From a virus (lineage: Duplodnaviria; Caudoviricetes): a DNA stretch of 60,476 nt. The DNA is taken from positions 1 through 60,476 of the IMG/VR virus record IMGVR_UViG_3300021437_000022; one strand, given 5' to 3'. Within the stretch, counting starts at the first letter, position 1. Every line of letters begins with the position of its first letter. Of the stretch, positions 1 through 9,089 are shown in pieces. The position numbers and the translations under genes were made by a program. The notes beneath the pieces were generated by a model. That model was given only the letters and a program-made list of their open reading frames with translations, was not told the DNA's origin and ran no database searches.

Positions 1-131
1 GGGGCCGACATCACAATAAAGATTGTGCAGTTGGCCAAGTTGATCGCAGGTGTCGTGAATTTCGACGTGCCGTTGAGATTGACCGCAGGGTAACCATTGA
101 TCGCCGACTTCTTGTAAGTCGGAGAACCAGT
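1..131. repeat. Terminal direct repeat, left copy (circular assembly overlap)
   Basis: 1-131 matches 60346-60476 except C127 vs A60472. Confidence 0.95.
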
Positions 132-323
132 CGATGGGGCAAGCGGCGCGTTTCCTGTCGTCGAACGGTCAGGCCAAAACGCAATCACATCGCCATCATT
201 TGCGCACTGCGCGGCATACGCCGCCGTGAACATTGGCTGCTGCGCATCTAACCAAAGCGCAAGCCCTGCAATCTGATCCGGCGTCGCTTGTGTGGCGGTG
301 TCGAAAACGATCGGAGAAACCAT
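1..323 (-). CDS. 5' part of origin-spanning LamG-like + SGNH esterase virion protein (continues at 60345->59304; 454 aa total)
   Basis: ATG at 323 gives MVSPIVFDTATQATPDQIAGLALWLDA...WPDRS...INLANCTIF, in frame with the 59304 ORF across the repeat; 323+1042=1365 nt. Confidence 0.85.
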   Translation of the reverse strand, partial: MVSPIVFDTATQATPDQIAGLALWLDAQQPMFTAAYAAQCANDGDVIAFWPDRSTTGNAPLAPSTGSPTYKKSAINGYPAVNLNGTSKFTTPAINLANCTIFIVMSA

Positions 324-327
324 GGGT

Positions 328-855
328 TCACCCAATCAACTTGGACGCTTGCGAACGAATGGCATCGATCGCGATTCGCGCAGAATTCAATTCGACCTTG
401 GCCACCTCGACGCGGGACAAGTAATCTTGCAATTCCCGCAGCGCCACATCTCGGTCGGCAAGCGCGGAATCGCGAAGGGTTTCCGCCTGGACCACGGCAA
501 GGTGCGACTCTGCGACCGCGTCGCTCTTTGCCGCTGATGCTTCTGCCTCGGCATCTGCGATAATCCTGGCCGCGGCATCTGTAGCATCCGCCGACACTTT
601 CGTCACGTAGTCATCCGCCGCTGTCTTGGTCTTCTTGACCGCCGCCTTGGCGTCCGACAACTCCGACTTTGCGGCGTCAATCTGCACATTCAGCGCATCG
701 AGATCGGCGCGTGCGGTAATAGCCGCAGCTTTTGCTTCATTCGCGGCTTGCTCCAGCGACGCCACCTCGGTGATGACTTCCACCAGATTCACCAAGCCTT
801 GAATCCGGGCCAGCTCTGCCTTGAGCGCAGCCCCTGCGTTTTGATAATCAGCCAT
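328..855 (-). CDS. Ala-rich coiled-coil protein, late module
   Basis: 175-aa ORF, heptad-like A/E/K/L composition, co-oriented with portal. Confidence 0.75.
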   Translation of the reverse strand: MADYQNAGAALKAELARIQGLVNLVEVITEVASLEQAANEAKAAAITARADLDALNVQIDAAKSELSDAKAAVKKTKTAADDYVTKVSADATDAAARIIADAEAEASAAKSDAVAESHLAVVQAETLRDSALADRDVALRELQDYLSRVEVAKVELNSARIAIDAIRSQASKLIG

Positions 856-866
856 GCTGCTGCCCC

Positions 867-1232
867 TTACAGGAATTGGTAGAGACGACGGCAGACCACG
901 GTAGCCGTCAAGGAAGTGGTGCCGTCACCCGCTGATACCCTGGGTCGGATGAACAGTGGCGCTTCGCTCATCTGGCGCAGCGACGCCGCGGTGAGCGAAA
1001 GCGCCACACCGTTCGTATCGTTGAGCGTGCCCCAGTTGACGCCATCGTTCGACCCTTCAATCAGGATCGTGCCGCCCGCGCCGAAGGTGCCGAACACTTG
1101 AATGCAGCGATCTGCCCAATCGGGGAACTGGAAAAGGTCACCCGTGTCCGTGTTCAACAGACCGGTCCAGGTGCCTCGTTTGATGGTGCTTTGTGCGTCC
1201 GGTTGATCGATGACCGGGATTCGGATTGCCAT
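867..1232 (-). CDS. Small beta-sandwich virion/decoration protein (putative)
   Basis: IQVFGTF..GTILIEGSNDGVNW motif, also seen twice in 57193-58575; directly after portal. Confidence 0.65.
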   Translation of the reverse strand: MAIRIPVIDQPDAQSTIKRGTWTGLLNTDTGDLFQFPDWADRCIQVFGTFGAGGTILIEGSNDGVNWGTLNDTNGVALSLTAASLRQMSEAPLFIRPRVSAGDGTTSLTATVVCRRLYQFL

Positions 1233-1235
1233 GGT

Positions 1236-3491
1236 TTATACCCCTTGATGATTGCCGGTCTGGACGGCGGTTTGAAGTGCTGAGTTTGCTGCGGCCAATT
1301 CGTGCCGCGAACGTTCCTTGATCGCCGTCTCCGCAAGGGAGGCCTTGATCTGTTCGATGGATATCTTTTCCTGCAGCGCCAGCTTCAGGATCATCAGCTC
1401 GCGCTCTGCTTGCAACTCTTGCAAGCGCATCCGTTGATTCTGTTGGGCGATTTCCAATTCGCCTTGGGCCTTCGCCTGGGCCACCTGTACATCTGCCGCA
1501 TTGCGCGCGGCTTCCGATTGCGCCCGGATCGTTGCGGCCTGAATCCGCGGGTCTTGTGGCGCGGCCTGCTGCTGTGCCTTGGCGGCGTTCGCTTCGACTT
1601 CCTCGTCCGTCAACATGATTTCTGTCGGATCGATGTGCTGCGCCTTGAGCGAATTCTCGAACAGCTTTTTCAGGTTCAGCATCGGTGCAAAGACCGGGTT
1701 GGTCGCGAGCGCCAACATCTGCATATACGCTTGGTTCTGAATGTCCCGGATCAACAGGGTCGAACTACCGCGAGCGTCAACGTTGAAGTCGCCCTTGATG
1801 GACGAATCGTCGTTGTACATCATGTTGTAGTCGTAGTACCGGCGGATATGCGGCTTGGTGATGTAATCATCGAACTGCTTCACCAGACGCCGCAGCACCA
1901 CGTTCGCCGAATTCATGAGCATCTGCATGCCGCCCACCGTGTCCGGTGCGTTGCCTTGCTCGCCTTGCGTCAACTGCGGCACGCCGGTTTCGTCATCCAC
2001 GAACTTCAATGCCATGTCGATGATGGCCGACAACTCGCTTTGATGCGACGACACCTCGACCATGGTGAATGCAGACCGCACATCTGCGACTTCGTCGTTT
2101 GCGTACCAAATCTTGCGCGGCGTGACCGTCATCATCCCATCGGCCGGGGTGATCATGCCGTTCTTGATCACGATCTGCGGACCCGACGACACCCCGGCGT
2201 TGTCCATCAACTGACGCCATGCCGCATTGATGACGCTCTGCTGCCACTTCATGAGGCGCGGCACGCCCCAACCCCACACTTGTCCCGTGACTTTTTCCCA
2301 CGGGCAAATGTCGTACGGCAAGTCGCCGTTTTCTTGTGGGTTGAGGTACGCCTTCACCACGGTTGAATTGATCATGATCACGCAAGCCGACACACTGACC
2401 AACTCGTCATCATTGAGCATTGAGTCTTTCACACCCACCGTCTTCAGGTCTTCGGGGGACACCTCGCCCCAGTATTCCCAGACCTCGAACAGTTTGTCCT
2501 CGACATCCTTCGTCTGCTCGTCAAGGTCTTCCATGAGGGCGGATCGCTTCGGCCCTTCTTCCAACACCGCTCGCAGCGCTGTCGCGGAGTACCCTGGCTG
2601 CTTCGCCAGTCCCCGCACCAGCTTCGTCGTTTTCTTCTCGACCTCGAACACACCTTCGCCATCGTGCACGTTCTCACCGCACGCCGGGTCAGGGAACACC
2701 TTGCGCGGATCAACCCGGTATGACGCAGGCACCAGCTCTTCCTTGATCTCGATCACATGCACCGTTTGCCCCGAGGCATCGGTGTGAGGCGACCATGCAC
2801 GGCGAACGTGGTTCTCAACCACAGGACCCTTGACCACACCAGTGCCGAGCACCGCCATGTCATGGATCATCTTGCGAAGCTCGCCGTTGTAATCGGTCTC
2901 GTTCAACTGATCGTCGATGGCGTCCTGCATCCCTTCTGCAGCTTCCGTGCAGATGCGATGCACTTCGGCAGCGAGTTGCTTCTTCGTGACGGGTTGGCCA
3001 TCCTTGCCCACCATCGGCTGCCCCGTTGTCGGGTGCGAAGCCTGGGAAGCGTCCCTGCCCATGCGCGTCACATCGGCCATCGGGGTCGGTTGAATCCCCC
3101 AGTTGCGATCATCCGTCGGCAGCAAAATGTCAGATAGGCGCGCCTCTGCGGCATTGGTCTTCTGGCGCGTGATGCCGATGCGCACTGTCGAGCGTTGCGG
3201 CAAAGCCCCCTGGTTCGTGACCGGGTAACCTTGTTGCACCGAATCCATCATGTTCGCGACGCGACCCGTCGTGTTGTCGCGGCCGTGATACTGGTCCGTG
3301 TCTTCCTTCCACTGGCGATCGATGCCGAGCGCACGACGCGCTTTCACCCACTCGTCACGCTTCTTCGCGAGGCCTTGCCCGAACATCTGCAGTTTCAGCG
3401 CACGAGCTTCGTCCTGTGCCGCTGGGTCTGCATTGGCCGCGGAGTTGATATCCGGGTCAATCTCGTTCGTCGGGAAATCTGAGATGGCCAT
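1236..3491 (-). CDS. Portal protein (podovirus/P22-like)
   Basis: ~750 aa after terminase; DMAVLGTGVVK, EVWEYWG, WGWGVPRLMKWQQ, TGV motifs, Gln/Ala-rich C-terminal barrel. Confidence 0.9.
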   Translation of the reverse strand: MAISDFPTNEIDPDINSAANADPAAQDEARALKLQMFGQGLAKKRDEWVKARRALGIDRQWKEDTDQYHGRDNTTGRVANMMDSVQQGYPVTNQGALPQRSTVRIGITRQKTNAAEARLSDILLPTDDRNWGIQPTPMADVTRMGRDASQASHPTTGQPMVGKDGQPVTKKQLAAEVHRICTEAAEGMQDAIDDQLNETDYNGELRKMIHDMAVLGTGVVKGPVVENHVRRAWSPHTDASGQTVHVIEIKEELVPASYRVDPRKVFPDPACGENVHDGEGVFEVEKKTTKLVRGLAKQPGYSATALRAVLEEGPKRSALMEDLDEQTKDVEDKLFEVWEYWGEVSPEDLKTVGVKDSMLNDDELVSVSACVIMINSTVVKAYLNPQENGDLPYDICPWEKVTGQVWGWGVPRLMKWQQSVINAAWRQLMDNAGVSSGPQIVIKNGMITPADGMMTVTPRKIWYANDEVADVRSAFTMVEVSSHQSELSAIIDMALKFVDDETGVPQLTQGEQGNAPDTVGGMQMLMNSANVVLRRLVKQFDDYITKPHIRRYYDYNMMYNDDSSIKGDFNVDARGSSTLLIRDIQNQAYMQMLALATNPVFAPMLNLKKLFENSLKAQHIDPTEIMLTDEEVEANAAKAQQQAAPQDPRIQAATIRAQSEAARNAADVQVAQAKAQGELEIAQQNQRMRLQELQAERELMILKLALQEKISIEQIKASLAETAIKERSRHELAAANSALQTAVQTGNHQGV

Positions 3492-3496
3492 GGTGG

Positions 3497-4963
3497 TCAA
3501 TACCCTATGTCAGGATCAAGCACCCCAAACGAGGGCGCCACGATATGTCGTTGCAGTTTCTGCGCGGCCACTGCCGTCGCTTCGTCTTGCGTCTTGGCGA
3601 ATCGTTTCATCATGAGCGCGTACCGCGTCGCCGATATCGCATCATCAAATTCTTTCACCAACTTGCCATCCTTGCGGTGGTACTGCCTGAACTCGTCGAA
3701 CCAGTGCGTCAGGTGAGAAAACACCTTGAACCGCCCCGTTTGCATCCGGTCCAGCATCTCGGCAACCCCGGCCTCCACACCACTACCGCCGTCATCGAAC
3801 GTGGCTCGGTCTTTCAGCATGTTCAGTCCGGCCGTCTTGTACTGGGCGGCGAGCGTCTCGCCTGAACCCTTGTCATGTTGCAAGCCGTCGTGCGGCCACG
3901 CCACAGGGAACCAATCCCCTTTCGCACGAATCACCATCGCATTCTCAGGGACGGAACTCTTGCGCTTGATGTACACGTCGTATACGTACACCGTATCAGT
4001 GTCACGGTCCCAGGCCAGCCACACGGCGGCGGTGGGGTGATCCCATCCAAAATCCAAACCAATGATCTTCGGCCAATGCTTCGGGATTGCGAAGCCTTGG
4101 ACCTTGATCCCTGATTCCGTGACAGGGAACACCGCACCCTCACCCATCATCGGTACACCGTTGGCGCGTGCCTCGCGCTCATGCTCCGGATAAGCCGCGA
4201 TGATGGCGTCGCGCTGTTCCTGGGTGTAGTGCAGCGCGTCTGCAATGGTCATCTGTGTCACATGCGTGCCTGCCGGCCGCTCTTGCATGAACCGGCGTAC
4301 CACCTGCGACATGCCAAGCAGTGGCGTGAAAGTGAGCGCCACAATGCCTTGCGTCGCGTTCGTCCGTGTCAGGCCTTCGGTGTACAGGTCGAGCGGTGGT
4401 TCTTCGTCGAACCACACATAATCCAACGTGTCGGCCTGCCACTTGGTGCGACCCTGGTCATAAGATTGAAGCTGTATCACTGAGTCATCACCACAGCGAT
4501 GCCGTACGACAATGCTTGCTACTGCATCGGGCACACCGGTTCGCAACGCCGTGTTGCGCAGTGCAACTTTTGGTATGGCGCCAGTGCCCCACTGGTCCCG
4601 CTCTTCAGGGGAACCGAGCAATAGGCGTTGCACGCCTTTCTTCGTAAGCTCTGCCGACTCCGACCCTGCCATGGCACGGATTGCGTACGGGAACTTGCGC
4701 CCTTTCCACCAGTCCGGATATACGCCTGTCGCGTGCATCGCCATCTCAAAGGCGCCGCTTAACGTCTTGCCGAGCTGATTACCTGCGGCGAACAGGCGCT
4801 CACGGTGATCTGCGCCTGCGGTATGAAACTCTTCCTGTTTGGGGTAGGGCTTGTACCCTGCCAGCCGATTCTCTTTCTCTCTGCGGTGGCGCGTCTCTAG
4901 CACCCGGAGTAGCTCGCGCCTTTCTTCGGGTGTCAGGGTTGTGAGGTCAACACTCGGGGTCAC
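3497..4963 (-). CDS. terL: Terminase large subunit
   Basis: Walker A AGNQLGKT, Walker B WFDEEP, TFTP coupling motif, nuclease GLDFGWDHPTA and DDAISATRYA. Confidence 0.95.
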   Translation of the reverse strand: MTPSVDLTTLTPEERRELLRVLETRHRREKENRLAGYKPYPKQEEFHTAGADHRERLFAAGNQLGKTLSGAFEMAMHATGVYPDWWKGRKFPYAIRAMAGSESAELTKKGVQRLLLGSPEERDQWGTGAIPKVALRNTALRTGVPDAVASIVVRHRCGDDSVIQLQSYDQGRTKWQADTLDYVWFDEEPPLDLYTEGLTRTNATQGIVALTFTPLLGMSQVVRRFMQERPAGTHVTQMTIADALHYTQEQRDAIIAAYPEHEREARANGVPMMGEGAVFPVTESGIKVQGFAIPKHWPKIIGLDFGWDHPTAAVWLAWDRDTDTVYVYDVYIKRKSSVPENAMVIRAKGDWFPVAWPHDGLQHDKGSGETLAAQYKTAGLNMLKDRATFDDGGSGVEAGVAEMLDRMQTGRFKVFSHLTHWFDEFRQYHRKDGKLVKEFDDAISATRYALMMKRFAKTQDEATAVAAQKLQRHIVAPSFGVLDPDIGY

Positions 4964-5586
4964 AGGTCTACCGTGCGTGCTTCGTCGATGATGTGTTGAT
5001 TCATCGCCTTGCCGAGTAGCTGGCTTAGACGTTCGTCCACCTGTTCGTCAGTGAGCGCCACGGTCGTGTTTACTTGCACTTCGCGCTTCGCCTTGTACAC
5101 GTCGATAAGCCGCTCCACGACAAACTGCCGCGACTTAACGCGGAGTTCTGCCCGCTTGATCTCAGCCATGGATGCACTGCGTGGCACGTCATCGGCCAGA
5201 CTGATGATCTCCTCGGCGTAGGCCTGGGCACGGCGCCCGAGCGAATTCACGTACCTGGAGTACAGCGCCGGGTCAGAGTCGGCGAGGTCGTTAAACGCTT
5301 CACGGGTCAAGCCGTGCTTGCGTGTCGCTTCTTCGATCGTGGACCCTGCACCAATTTCACGGCAGATCGTCTCGAACCATTCCGCACGCTGTTCGATCGC
5401 TATGTCAGCGATGCGATCAAACAGGTTATTGCGCAGCGTTTCTTGCAAGCGTGCTTTCTTCTCTTTCTTCAACTGCGGCACTGCCCCCGAGGCAGGTGAA
5501 AGCGTGGTCAAGATATCGCCAGGGATGCCGCGCTTCGCCCGGTTCGGGTAACTCTTGCGCTGCTTGACAGGTGCTTCGTCGCTCAT
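4960..5586 (-). CDS. terS: Terminase small subunit
   Basis: Overlaps terL start; HTH-like ICREIGAG segment followed by YAEEIISLADD...RAELRVKSRQF. Confidence 0.8.
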   Translation of the reverse strand: MSDEAPVKQRKSYPNRAKRGIPGDILTTLSPASGAVPQLKKEKKARLQETLRNNLFDRIADIAIEQRAEWFETICREIGAGSTIEEATRKHGLTREAFNDLADSDPALYSRYVNSLGRRAQAYAEEIISLADDVPRSASMAEIKRAELRVKSRQFVVERLIDVYKAKREVQVNTTVALTDEQVDERLSQLLGKAMNQHIIDEARTVDL

Positions 5587-5603
5587 GAGGTGTGGTGCTG
5601 CAG

Positions 5604-5792
5604 TTAAATCTTGCCCGGCAGAACGTTGCTCGTGAAGCCAGGGATGTTCTTCAGGCCACCAGTGCCCTTGCCCGCTTGCACGGGGTATCCATCGGTGGGG
5701 ATTTTCTGGGTCGGCACGTTCACGGTGCCGTCAACGACGCCCGCATTTTTCTGGGTGTTGCGTGATGCGCTGGGTTTGCTGTAGTTCTGCAT
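5604..5792 (-). CDS. Small hypothetical protein
   Basis: 62-aa ORF with GGAG RBS, co-oriented with terS. Confidence 0.65.
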   Translation of the reverse strand: MQNYSKPSASRNTQKNAGVVDGTVNVPTQKIPTDGYPVQAGKGTGGLKNIPGFTSNVLPGKI

Positions 5793-5811
5793 TTGATTAA
5801 CTCCGTAGTGG

Positions 5812-6294
5812 TTAGACTTGTGACCCTGGGGCTATCAGGCTTCGTGACGAACCCTGACGTTTCTTCGCTTCCTGCTTCCACATCGTGGCGGCGTCAGGCA
5901 CGGCATCACCCCCGCTCGTGCTCTGATCGCCACCGGCGCCGCTTGCATCGGAGTCATCCGACTCACCTGCATCGCTCGCCTCTTGCGCTTCTGCATCCGG
6001 GCCTTCGCTTTGCTCCGATCCGTTCAGACACTCGGTGATTTCTTCCATGGCTTCGTCCATGCTGTCGGTGTCTTCATCGCACAGGACTTGACCCTTCTGT
6101 GTCACCGTGACATGCACGCTGCCGTCAGTGCCGACATGGATGATCGCTTTGTAGGTGCCGGGCTGCGCTTGTGTCGCTTGTGTCACGCCTGCACTCGGGT
6201 CTTGTGCCGCACCTGGGTCGCTGCCTTGCGAGGCTTGCTGCCCCAGGTCGGCGCTGGACAAGCTGGACGGGGGAAAATTGCTGGACATGAGCAT
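5812..6294 (-). CDS. Acidic, low-complexity hypothetical protein (first gene of late block)
   Basis: ATG 6294/6288 with GGAG upstream; D/E/S/Q-rich. Confidence 0.65.
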   Translation of the reverse strand: MLMSSNFPPSSLSSADLGQQASQGSDPGAAQDPSAGVTQATQAQPGTYKAIIHVGTDGSVHVTVTQKGQVLCDEDTDSMDEAMEEITECLNGSEQSEGPDAEAQEASDAGESDDSDASGAGGDQSTSGGDAVPDAATMWKQEAKKRQGSSRSLIAPGSQV

Positions 6295-6543
6295 GGCTCC
6301 GGTTTTGTTCAATTCATTTGAATGTTCACGAAACATGAACGCGGTTTGTCCCGTGAACAAGTGGCGCATTTGCGAGGCGTCGCGCTTGTTCAGAAAATAG
6401 ACGAAATGGGGCGAGGCAAAGTGTAGCTTTACGAGCGTACAAACACAACACGCGCGCATTTGCAAGCTTTTTTCTGTAAGTGGAAACCCTCATTCTGTTT
6501 ACAATTGTTTACACATTTGTGTTGAAACCTAGGGTTTACCCTG

Positions 6544-6571
6544 TAGACAAAGCTGTCTGCAAAAGTAGAAT
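6544..6571 (+). promoter_or_regulatory. Candidate sigma70 early promoter
   Basis: TAGACA-16 nt-TAGAAT in AT-rich divergent intergenic region, ~40 nt upstream of first + gene. Confidence 0.5.
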
Positions 6572-6608
6572 GACTTATATCAACTCACCCCACCTGAAAG
6601 GAACTGAC

Positions 6609-6878
6609 ATGAACGCCGTTCAATACCGCAAAAAATGCATGGCCCTTGCCGGGCAAATTGCCGGGCAAATTGCCGCGATCCCCTTCGATGATCAATTCTC
6701 CGCCATCGTGAACATTTTCAAGGCAGCCACCACGTCGCCCGCCTTGCGCGCTGATGTGTTTTGGTTGCTTGATAACGAGCCGGGGCACTGGGCATCGCTG
6801 GGCCAGTGGCACGGTGCCTTGCGCCAAGTGCGCAACACTCCGAGCGAAGGCGAAAAGCTTTTCGCCTTGTTTGCGTAA
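6609..6878 (+). CDS. Early hypothetical protein
   Basis: TGAAAGGAA RBS then ATG; MNAVQYRKKC... Confidence 0.75.
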   Translation: MNAVQYRKKCMALAGQIAGQIAAIPFDDQFSAIVNIFKAATTSPALRADVFWLLDNEPGHWASLGQWHGALRQVRNTPSEGEKLFALFA

Positions 6879-6911
6879 TCGATTTCGTTCCTAACCCTGA
6901 AAGGAAATACC

Positions 6912-7412
6912 ATGTTCTCAGACTTTTCCGATCCGCTACCCTTTTCACGCACAAGCCCCGTGGGTCAACCCTTGCCTGTGCGCACCAAATTTTGCGAGGC
7001 GTTCATTGCTCATCCTGATCGTTATTATTCGGAACCGGATTGGGCGATTGTGTCCGCGCACAGAGCGAGCAACACAGAGGAGCAAAACCGGTTTGCGCGC
7101 AACACCTTTGCCGCGTACCTGCGCATGCACAATTACGCCTTCTCTTCGGTAGTGGGTCACTACAACGGGGTCCGCGAACACGCGTTTTTTATCGTGTGCT
7201 CTGCATACGGTGCTCGCCACTTCGGCCGGGTGCTCGGGCAAGAGTCAGTGCTGACGCACGAGGGTTTGGTTTGGACCGATGGCCGCAACCAAGACCCGGT
7301 GCCGTTTAATCATCTCGCACCGGCAATCCTGGGCGACGCCGCCAGGGAGGAACAAAATTTTACAACTTTCATCGAATCTGGCGTGCACTGGTCAGCAGCT
7401 CTGTTATTCTGA
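6912..7412 (+). CDS. SAM lyase (T3 gp0.3 SAMase-like), anti-restriction
   Basis: IVSAHRASNTEEQN...GHYNGVREHAF...LGQESVL..GLVW parallels T3 SAMase VSAFRSN..EVN...GCY..E..EQDCVL..GLVY; early location; strong RBS. Confidence 0.8.
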   Translation: MFSDFSDPLPFSRTSPVGQPLPVRTKFCEAFIAHPDRYYSEPDWAIVSAHRASNTEEQNRFARNTFAAYLRMHNYAFSSVVGHYNGVREHAFFIVCSAYGARHFGRVLGQESVLTHEGLVWTDGRNQDPVPFNHLAPAILGDAAREEQNFTTFIESGVHWSAALLF

Positions 7413-7420
7413 CTGCACCA

Positions 7421-7472
7421 GGACGAAACCGGCGCGAGCCGGTCTGCAGGTTGTGCCTGCACTGACGAGTCC
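7421..7472 (+). ncRNA. Hammerhead ribozyme, type II, copy 1 (cleavage after C7444)
   Basis: GGAC-GAAA-CCGGC(GCGA)GCCGG-UC-UGCAGG(UUGUG)CCUGCA-CUGACGA-GUCC: full CUGANGA/GAAA/GUC core with three perfect stems. Confidence 0.93.
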
Positions 7473-7500
7473 AGACGATTCACCTTTTTGGTGTATTACC

Positions 7501-7788
7501 ATGCGCGGATATGAAGACATTGTGAGAGGCAACGCGGCGGCGCAAGCCTTGGGCATCGAATTGCCGACCGGCGCCATTGGCACGACGGCGCTTGAATCGA
7601 AGGGCCACAGCTCGGCGCAAGGCGGCCTGCGCGGCCACAGCATCGGTTCGGATTACCCGTTCACCGTCACGCGATTTGGCGATCGGTATCAGGCCTACCA
7701 TTGCTTGCACCCCGAGCAATCGGGCCCCGTAGTTGACACCTACTCCGAAGCCGCGGCTTACATTGCCTCCCAGCACCTCCACGCCTGA
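7501..7788 (+). CDS. Hypothetical protein, sole gene between ribozymes 1 and 2
   Basis: MRGYEDIVRG..., 95 aa, fills the inter-ribozyme space; weak RBS. Confidence 0.7.
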   Translation: MRGYEDIVRGNAAAQALGIELPTGAIGTTALESKGHSSAQGGLRGHSIGSDYPFTVTRFGDRYQAYHCLHPEQSGPVVDTYSEAAAYIASQHLHA

Positions 7789-7791
7789 CCA

Positions 7792-7843
7792 GGACGAAAC
7801 CGGCGCGAGCCGGTCTGCAGGTTGTGCCTGCACTGACGAGTCC
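7792..7843 (+). ncRNA. Hammerhead ribozyme, type II, copy 2 (cleavage after C7815)
   Basis: Identical to copy 1 over 52 nt; starts 3 nt after TGA. Confidence 0.93.
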
Positions 7844-7867
7844 AACCAACCCTTGAAAGGAAACACC

Positions 7868-8182
7868 GTGAACATGAATTCTCTCCCAAATGCCAAGGTG
7901 CGCAGCGCCGTAGAGGGGCGCCTCACATTCTGCAACGCCAATGCCACGCTCTACGGCAAGTGGTTTGATGACGGTCAAACGTACGTCGTTTTTTCGTACG
8001 GCTCGCATTGGCCCTTGTTTCTCTATCGCGCGGGCTTGTGGTACGAGAACAAGCAACGTGCTAGCACCACGACCACGCGTCATGCGACCGTTGCCCGTCC
8101 GCGCTCGTGCCTTCCGATTCTCGACGCCACCACAGAATCCTTGTTCGTGTTGATCGCTTCCGCTCGTGAGGTAGCAGCATGA
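7868..8182 (+). CDS. Early hypothetical protein
   Basis: TGAAAGGAA RBS, GTG/ATG start; YVVFSYGSHWPL...STTTTRH motif. Confidence 0.8.
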   Translation: MNMNSLPNAKVRSAVEGRLTFCNANATLYGKWFDDGQTYVVFSYGSHWPLFLYRAGLWYENKQRASTTTTRHATVARPRSCLPILDATTESLFVLIASAREVAA

Positions 8183-8478
8183 GCACATACCACACTCCGG
8201 GCCCGTGGGCTGCTTACGGCCAGACCGTCATGGCGGTTTCGCATGGCAAGTGGTTCACCATTTGCCACGTTAATGGCACGAACCACACAAAGGAAGGCAA
8301 TGAAGCAAATGCCGCATTCATTGCTTCCGCACCCAAGATCAAGAAGCAGCGGGACGAATTGCTTGCTGCGCTTGATGCAATAGTGACTGCTGTTTATAAC
8401 GAGGAGGCGGTATCGCCGTGGTCGCCCGAGTACCGCAACGCACTTACCGCAATCGCCAAGGCACGGGGGCAAGCATGA
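8179..8478 (+). CDS. Conserved phage protein (HTPGPW...ANAAFIASAP family)
   Basis: Widespread small phage protein motif; ATGA overlaps. Confidence 0.8.
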   Translation: MSTYHTPGPWAAYGQTVMAVSHGKWFTICHVNGTNHTKEGNEANAAFIASAPKIKKQRDELLAALDAIVTAVYNEEAVSPWSPEYRNALTAIAKARGQA

Positions 8479-8591
8479 GCCGCTCCGAGAAAGTGTGGAA
8501 CGCAATCGCCTGCATCTGTTTCGTGTTGCTGCCGTTCGTGTTTGCGTGGCTCGGCATGTTGCTTGCTGAAATTGCTCGCAACCCAATCTGA
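8475..8591 (+). CDS. 38-aa single-pass membrane protein (not in ORF track)
   Basis: MSRSEKVWNAIACICFVLLPFVFAWLGMLLAEIARNPI; ATGA overlap with upstream gene. Confidence 0.55.
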   Translation: MSRSEKVWNAIACICFVLLPFVFAWLGMLLAEIARNPI

Positions 8592-8601
8592 AAGGTTCGT
8601 C

Positions 8602-9087
8602 ATGAAAACAATCCAAGTCTCTGAAGCGTCGGGCACAGTGCTCGACTATCTGGTGGCGAAGGCGCAAGGTTTTGAAGTGGAAATTCGCACAGGTGAACAG
8701 CGCTACGCCGATCTCATGGCGTCAAACCCTGATACTGATCTCGACTTCGCCGAGGTTATACGCTTCGGCAAACCGCGCCTGACTTACAACAATCCTGTTC
8801 CCGGCATGTCATTGCCTCGTTTTTCGTCTTGCTGGACGCAAAGTGGACCGATCATTGATCGAGAAGGCATCTTGCTGCGCCCGCTGCGCCGTGCCGGGCA
8901 TGCACTGGACGGGCAGTGTCTGGCGATGTACGACGGCGGAAACACAGGGTCCGTGGTGCAGTGGATTAAGAATAAAGATTGGAGGCACCACTATTTGAGC
9001 GGTCCCACGTCCCTCGTGGCAGCCATGCGTTGCTTCGTGGTGCGCAAATTGGGCGACACTGCTGAAGTGCCCGACGAATTAGTTTGA
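8602..9087 (+). CDS. DUF2591/NinX-like phage protein
   Basis: LDYLVAKAQG...FSSCW..SGPIIDRE.I...GPTSLVAAMRCFV..LGD..EVPDEL. Confidence 0.75.
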   Translation: MKTIQVSEASGTVLDYLVAKAQGFEVEIRTGEQRYADLMASNPDTDLDFAEVIRFGKPRLTYNNPVPGMSLPRFSSCWTQSGPIIDREGILLRPLRRAGHALDGQCLAMYDGGNTGSVVQWIKNKDWRHHYLSGPTSLVAAMRCFVVRKLGDTAEVPDELV

Positions 9088-9089
9088 CA

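Noticed and set aside
1-131. Biological terminal repeat of the packaged genome
   Set aside because: It falls in the middle of a gene and its length is typical of assembler overlap; it indicates circularity only.
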